A stretch of 12,409 nt of DNA from Candidatus Hydrogenedentota bacterium. Its GTDB lineage: Bacteria > Hydrogenedentota > Hydrogenedentia > Hydrogenedentales > GCA-2746185. The first letter of the stretch is position 1. Each line of letters starts with the position of its first letter. This document shows, piece by piece, positions 7,183 to 12,409 of this stretch. Location: contig JAYGCN010000139.1 in the NCBI GenBank assembly GCA_046583315.1, positions 1 to 12,409 of the forward strand, written 5' to 3'. A program made the translations under genes and the position numbers. The notes under the pieces were generated by a model, which ran no database searches, was not told the DNA's origin, and worked only from the letters and a program-made list of their open reading frames with translations.

Positions 7183-7758
7183 ATGAGCAAAGGTATTATG
7201 AAGGTAGCATGTCTTTCAGTGTTGGCACTTCTTGCGACTGCACAAACAGCATCCGCCCAATTAGATGATATCTGGTATCTCGGGATTAGCGGCGGTGAAG
7301 CACTGGAAGATTGGGATGACGGCGGATTCCTGGATGCTGATGATTCCACCGTCTTGGGTGCGCAAATCGGGTTCACGTTCAGAGACGAAAGCTTCTTCGG
7401 TTTTCAATTCGAATTCAAATATCGCGATTACGATGGTTTCGATTACGGCTCCGGTGCGAACACCAGCGAACTCGATGGCTGGTCAGTTTCGGCGCGCCCA
7501 AAACTCTATATGGGCAACGGAAAGATACATCCAATATTATTCGTAGGTCTCGGATGGATGGAGATGGACGCGAAGTCTAACTTCAGCGCACCCGATCTCA
7601 GTGGAAAGGACACCTTTTTCGAAGTGGGTGGCGCTCTGGAATTCGATGTAACCGAACGAGTGAGTCTCTTTATTGAAGCGGGTTATGTGATTCCCGACGA
7701 CCATCTGGATGGGCTGGAGATGATCGACGTGATGGGCGGTATCAACTTCAAATTCTAG
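7183..7758 (+). CDS. Outer-membrane beta-barrel protein (OmpA-like transmembrane/porin family)
   Basis: SD AAGGAG; signal peptide ending A-S-A; alternating amphipathic strands (WYLGISGG, GAQIGFTF, PILFVGLG, VGGALEF, SLFIEAGY); C-terminal GGINFKF beta-signal. Confidence 0.9.
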   Translation: MSKGIMKVACLSVLALLATAQTASAQLDDIWYLGISGGEALEDWDDGGFLDADDSTVLGAQIGFTFRDESFFGFQFEFKYRDYDGFDYGSGANTSELDGWSVSARPKLYMGNGKIHPILFVGLGWMEMDAKSNFSAPDLSGKDTFFEVGGALEFDVTERVSLFIEAGYVIPDDHLDGLEMIDVMGGINFKF

Positions 7759-7762
7759 CATC

Positions 7763-7801
7763 CTGAGGGTCCCACGAAGTGCATCAACGCACGACCCTCA
7801 G
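7763..7801. terminator. Hairpin between convergent genes
   Basis: CTGAGGGTC (7763-7771) / GACCCTCAG (7793-7801) 9-bp inverted repeat with an inner GTGC/GCAC stem; no clear U-tract. Confidence 0.5.
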
Positions 7802-9969
7802 TTACTCGGTACCCGTACTCACGTGGATTCCCGGTTCACTCCAACGCGCAGAAAATTCGTGCAGTTTAAATCAATCTCGGATAATGACAAACACGTCCGC
7901 AACATTCTCGGTGCCACTATACGCTGCGCCTGGTATTACGATATCGAAGTACCAGCGACCGTAATGTTCCTACAAGGCGCCCGATCCAGCGATCACATCA
8001 TTGATTGACACAACGACTTGCAAGGTGGTCGCATCATGCTCCCCCGGATCGAGTTTGCCCCATACCCGTGAAACACTAGACTCAAGGTCGTAAAATGCAC
8101 AGTCCACTTCACGGGACCGAAGACCCCTGCGCGTCTGACCCACGACCCCAAGCGCATCGCCATAAAAAAACAGCTTCGATCGAGGATCGTCCAAGGAAAA
8201 GATTTTCACGACCCAGTTGTGCGCTTCCCCTTTGAGCCGTAGACTCGTTTCGGAATCGTACACCAGAGCCTCGTCCCGAGAATGATGAAAAACTTTTACC
8301 TCCGTACGTAGCGGATTGTCCGCATCAAGAAGTGATTGCCCGTCTTGCGGCCAGTCGACTTGTGCACCAAGCACCCCCATTATCGTCGGAAAAATGTCAA
8401 CCGTCTGCACACTTCGAGAGTCCCGCACACCCTCTTTTTGTTCAGGATACTTAATCAACAACGGTACAAACACCAAATCCGCAAAATTGACCGGAGTGGG
8501 CCAGCGCACCGGCTCGCCTACGCGAAAACTCATCCCATGATCCTAAGTGATAACGATCAGACTCTCATCATAGATTCCGATTCGCTGCAGTTCCAGAATA
8601 AGCTCGCCCAACAGCGCATCGGCAAGCCCCAATTGAAGACGCAACCCCTGATGAAATCGATCAATGATGACCTGTTCACCAGTCAGCTTCATCGTCTCGC
8701 GATCATTTCCCACTCCTTCAATACGCCCTTTATCCGCATATATCCGACCCGAAGGGAGATATACATACGGACGATGGGGAAACAGCGCATGGAAAAAATG
8801 CAGTGTTGTTTCCGGCTGATCCTTAATCGACGCAACGAAATTCGTGAAGTACTTCAAGCGATCCTGATCCAACTTCCCCTTGATTTCGTCGATAGGGGTG
8901 AGCATACGTGGTGGTTTCGCATCAACCTTTTCCGAACTCCTCACCGGTTCCAGTTCCTCGCTCTCTCCCCCGAAGAATCCTCCCCACTGCTCATCGATAG
9001 CCGGTAACGATTTCGTGTATTCTTCGGGCACTATCAGATGAAGATAGAGAACGGCAATATCCCCCAACGAGCGCTGCACATGACTGAGCACAAGTGCCTC
9101 CGATTCCTCATCCGCATCGCGTTCAAGTCCCGGCGGCGCCATTTCCGTGAGCGACTCATACAGATTGAGCGCATACTGCCCTTGAAGCAAGGCAAACAAG
9201 TTGTGCGGATGTACCGCATAAATCCCCAATCGACTGTCCCCCGGCCACTGCCCATCGAGAATCGCAGGAACGGCTACCATCGTCTCCGTCGCCACCGTCG
9301 CCGCGTTTTCATACCACGTCGCGCCGGGCGCGAAACGTGCCATATTCGGAAAATTCTTTGCATCGATATCGCCTTGCGCGTCCAGTAAATCAATCAACGG
9401 GAATTCATCAAAGACGACCATTACAATCGGTGGCGTGCGTTCAAGTGTAACCCCCGGCCCTTCAGGGTCGGCCATTAACTCGCTATTTTGCGTCAATAGC
9501 CTGACATCTGGATGCGCCAGAAACTGGACCGGAAACCACACCGCAATCGGAATCAACAAAGCCAGCACAAACGAATACTCACCGCGTTTTCGGTAATGTA
9601 GCGTAAATCCGCCGGCGAACAAAACACTTCCCGCAATCGCGACAGGGGCCTGATCGATGCCAAACCCCTTAGCGAGTTGAAGCAGATATACCACCCCCAA
9701 CACAAAAAGAACCAGAGATGCGGCACCAGGGTCCACCGTCGCAGAAGTAACGCTATCAAGGTCGAAGAGAACGGAATCCCAACCGAAATAACGAATACCA
9801 GCGCGATGATTTCGGCACGATGCAGCTGATTGGCCACGAAAAATTCCGAATTGTCCGACAACACATCATATACAGGTTTCGCCAACACCAAGGCGTAGAG
9901 CGCGAACTGATTCAGCGCGATTCGTCAAGAGGAAACGACGAAAACAGGCTCTTTGGGTTTTCCAGTCAA
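7802..9969 (-). pseudogene. Membrane-anchored sulfatase-like hydrolase/transferase (LtaS/alkaline-phosphatase superfamily), disrupted
   Basis: The ORFs at 9553-9891, 8543-9736 and 7970-8533 join into one protein with N-terminal TM helices, VVFDEF, TVATETMVAVPAILDG, HALFPHRPY, VIT*DHG and VQTVDIFPTI. Lesions: TGA 9927-9925, frameshift near 9735, TAG 8545-8543 inside the (S)DHG motif, TAG 7972-7970, and probably TGA 7873-7871. Putative TTG start at 9969 after GGAG. Confidence 0.85.
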
Positions 9970-9998
9970 TGCATAAAACTCCGAAATGTGAAACGACG

Positions 9999-10028
9999 AT
10001 TATCATCCACTATGGATACAGAATTCAA
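9999..10028 (-). promoter_or_regulatory. Putative promoter of the sulfatase-like pseudogene
   Basis: TTGAAT (10028-10023), 18-bp spacer, GATAAT (10004-9999); dyad ATCCA-CTA-TGGAT (10005-10017) within the spacer. Confidence 0.35.
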
Positions 10029-10057
10029 CATTCGGTGCCGCGCTCCATTACCCTTTC

Positions 10058-10086
10058 TTCATCAGCGAAGCAAACTATGGTATCAT
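10058..10086 (+). promoter_or_regulatory. Extended -10 promoter for the SDR gene
   Basis: TGgTATCAT (10078-10086) with weak -35 TTCATC 17 bp upstream of the hexamer. Confidence 0.5.
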
Positions 10087-10127
10087 CCGCATTCGCTATC
10101 ACGCAGTCCTCAATCCGGAGTAAACCA

Positions 10128-10967
10128 GTGAACAAAGTAGCATTCATAACCGGCGCATCGCGGGGCATCGGCAAATGTGTCGGGCATAAACTCGCCAGTA
10201 ACGGCTGGGACATCGTCGTAGCGGCAAAATCCACCGAAGAAAACCCCAAACTTCCCGGCACCATCTTCACCGCCGCAGACGAACTCTCCGAACATGGCAC
10301 CGACATCTTGCCGGTGCGCTGCGACGTCACCGATCTCGAAAGCATCCAGACCGCCGTCGACGCCACCCTCGACCACTACGGTCGCATCGATGCCGTCATC
10401 AACAACGCCGGCGCACTCTGGTGGAAAAACATGGACGAAACACCCATGAAACGATACGACCTAATCAACAACGTCAACGCACGAGGCTCCTTCGCCGTCA
10501 CCCAGGCCTTTCTGCCCACCATGCAAAAACAAAAATCCGGGCACGTCATCTGCATGTCACCCCCCTACGACGAAGAAATGTTCCCCGGCCACATCGCCTA
10601 CTGCATCAGCAAATTCGGCATGACCATGATGGCCCAAGGCATCTCCATGGAAATGAAGGACTACAACATCCACGGATCCGCACTCTGGCCGCACACGATG
10701 ATAGAATCCCTCGCCACCATCAACTGGGGACTCGGCGACACCTCCACTTGGCGCAAAGCCGATATCCTCGCGGACGCCACCTTCGAAATTCTTCAGCACC
10801 CCGAACTCAGCAGCGGCAAAGCCCTGCTCGACGAACACTTCTTGCGACTCGTTGGCTACACCGACTTCGACCAATACCTCTGCGAACCCGGCGGAAAACC
10901 CCAAGTCATCTCCCGCCCCAATCAGCGCGCCCAACAAGCCCCTGTCGAAGGCGAAGTTCTCTCTTAA
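10128..10967 (+). CDS. SDR family oxidoreductase, HSDL2 / citronellol-citronellal dehydrogenase-like
   Basis: TGASRGIG, AAKS...PKLPGTI, NNAGA, KRYDL...VNARG, MSPP, YCISK, ALWP.T.I and ADI.ADA motifs. GTG start at 10128 with SD GGAG 7 nt upstream. Confidence 0.92.
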   Translation: MNKVAFITGASRGIGKCVGHKLASNGWDIVVAAKSTEENPKLPGTIFTAADELSEHGTDILPVRCDVTDLESIQTAVDATLDHYGRIDAVINNAGALWWKNMDETPMKRYDLINNVNARGSFAVTQAFLPTMQKQKSGHVICMSPPYDEEMFPGHIAYCISKFGMTMMAQGISMEMKDYNIHGSALWPHTMIESLATINWGLGDTSTWRKADILADATFEILQHPELSSGKALLDEHFLRLVGYTDFDQYLCEPGGKPQVISRPNQRAQQAPVEGEVLS

Positions 10968-11033
10968 CCAATCAATTGCGACATCCACAGCGATAATTTC
11001 GCACGGTCGAAAACCCCACTGGAATCCACCTTC

Positions 11034-11375
11034 ATGATGAATATACTGCGTATGGCCGTTGGCGCCATAAAATGGTTGGCGTTTTTGGCGTTGCATCCAG
11101 GGGCAATTCCAGGAGCACTTCGTTACATCCGCCATTTCCTTGCCGCCACCAAACACCAGAACGACGCGTCACACGCCAAAGCGATCGAATCCTACAAAAA
11201 AGCCATTACCGCCCTGCCCAAATCACTCTCCCAACGCCTCGAACCCGAGATGATTCGCCTGATATCAGAAGAATACCAGGCAATGGGCAACAAACAGATG
11301 GCCAACAAATTCGCAAAACGCTACAAAACCGCGGCATCCAAACCCGGCGAAGCCTTCAGCATCTTCCGCGGCTGA
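11034..11375 (+). CDS. Small hypothetical protein with TPR-like helices
   Basis: HAKAIESYKKAI and EEYQAMGNKQMANKF resemble TPR helices; codon bias matches the neighbouring + strand gene; start uncertain. Confidence 0.6.
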   Translation: MMNILRMAVGAIKWLAFLALHPGAIPGALRYIRHFLAATKHQNDASHAKAIESYKKAITALPKSLSQRLEPEMIRLISEEYQAMGNKQMANKFAKRYKTAASKPGEAFSIFRG

Positions 11376-11395
11376 ACCAACAAACGCTGCTCGAC

Positions 11396-11468
11396 CTCTG
11401 CATCTCCGCGCCTCTGCGTTAAAGTACTAAGTAGTTTTCACTTTCTTCCTTCGCGCCTTTGCGCTAAA
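11396..11468. repeat. Two clusters of 8-bp tandem units CTYYGCGY followed by TAAA
   Basis: CTCTGCAT-CTCCGCGC-CTCTGCGT-TAAA (11396-11423) and CTTCGCGC-CTTTGCGC-TAAA (11449-11468), between convergent genes. Confidence 0.7.
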
Positions 11469-11477
11469 AAAAGCACT

Positions 11478-12227
11478 TCAAGTCCGCAGCAACATCCCCC
11501 CATCCACATTCAACCCATGCCCCGTAATAAACGCCGCCTCATCCGATGCCAAAAACAACATCGCCCGCGCCAAATCAATCGGCTGTCCCACCCGCCGCAA
11601 CGGCGACTTCTTCGCCCAGATCTTCTTCACATTCGGATCCTCCCATCCCTTCGCCGTCATCGGCGTCTCAATCGCTCCCGGCAAAACATAATTCGCAGTG
11701 ATTCCGAACTTCCCCAACTCCAGCGCCAACGTCCGCGTCAATCCCCCCACCCCCGCCTTCGTCGCACAATACGGGGCCAAGCCATAATTCGTATGCGTCG
11801 CCATCACCGAAGCCACATTAATAATCCGACCCGCCTCCGACTCTTTCAAATGCGGAATCGCCTCCCGACAAATCAAAAACTGCGCACGCAAATTAATCGA
11901 ATACTGCCGATCAAACTCCTCTACATCCAAATCTTCCACCAACACACTGCCCGACACCCCCGCATTATTCACGACAATATCCAACTGCCCCCCAAACGCC
12001 AACGCCTTCGCAACAATCGCTTCCGGCCCACCCTCAGCCGAAATATCCTGCTCCAAAATTGTAATATTCGACTCATCCGCATGCGCCTCAGCAAGTCCCG
12101 TGTCCGGCAAACCCACCGCAACCACCCGCGCCCCCTCATCCGCAAACAACTGCGCAGCAGCGCACCCAATCCCCGTAGCCGCACCCGTAACGATCGCGAC
12201 ACGACCTTCCAACCGATTCAAAATCAT
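11478..12227 (-). CDS. Classical SDR oxidoreductase (FabG / 3-oxoacyl-ACP reductase-like)
   Basis: TGAATGIG, NNAG, NVAS, YCATK, PGAIETPM and ITGHGLNVDGG motifs; SD AAGGAGG upstream of the ATG. Confidence 0.94.
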   Translation of the reverse strand: MILNRLEGRVAIVTGAATGIGCAAAQLFADEGARVVAVGLPDTGLAEAHADESNITILEQDISAEGGPEAIVAKALAFGGQLDIVVNNAGVSGSVLVEDLDVEEFDRQYSINLRAQFLICREAIPHLKESEAGRIINVASVMATHTNYGLAPYCATKAGVGGLTRTLALELGKFGITANYVLPGAIETPMTAKGWEDPNVKKIWAKKSPLRRVGQPIDLARAMLFLASDEAAFITGHGLNVDGGMLLRT

Positions 12228-12409
12228 ACCGCCTCCTTATGAAACAAAATATCGGGACCTCTCTCCCGTTCAAATTATCCAAACGTTAGATTATTACACA
12301 TACCAGAGACGAAACGACGCCCAAGCAGCGTACTCAATAGACAATCCCGGCCCCTGAGACATTACACCGAAGAAGGGACTTCACAAATCCGAAATGCATC
12401 GCTATACTA

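Noticed and set aside
7802..9969. Stop-codon recoding (Pyl, Sec or an alternative genetic code)
   Set aside because: TAG and TGA end intact neighbouring genes normally, the stops are of mixed type, and a frameshift is also present; ordinary decay explains it.
9969..10127. 53-aa N-terminal extension of the SDR
   Set aside because: It spans promoter DNA; the GTG at 10128 has an SD and directly precedes the Rossmann motif.
8336..12242. ORFs 8336-9007, 10421-10996, 10557-11156 and 11517-12242
   Set aside because: Alternate-frame or antisense overlaps; the biased composition (Arg/Pro/His or Gly/Val rich) follows from the codon skew.
1..12409. CRISPR array, riboswitch or IS transposase
   Set aside because: No regularly spaced 25-40 bp repeats, recognisable riboswitch core or transposase motifs were seen by eye; an Rfam/ISfinder scan would be needed to exclude them fully.

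Overview
Bacterial (diderm, sigma70-type promoters) window with a decayed integrative-element boundary at left and metabolic/envelope genes at right. In order: (1) the 5' end of a secreted Cna-B/carboxypeptidase-regulatory-like protein gene running off the left edge, possibly with an ATC start; (2) two att-like tRNA 3' fragments of different isotypes (Val-GAC, Pro-CGG) flanking a tyrosine-integrase C-terminal remnant; (3) a sulfatase-like C-terminal remnant; (4) a probable two-gene operon of an unannotated 49-aa signal-peptide ORF and a ~981-aa secreted YVTN beta-propeller/di-haem cytochrome c peroxidase-superfamily protein; (5) an ABC-2 exporter pair; (6) a stand-alone cNMP-binding protein; (7) an outer-membrane beta-barrel; (8) a multiply disrupted membrane sulfatase/LtaS-like pseudogene; (9) two SDR oxidoreductases around a small TPR-like gene, in a segment with extreme C-over-G strand skew. 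Everything was read by eye; no searches were run.
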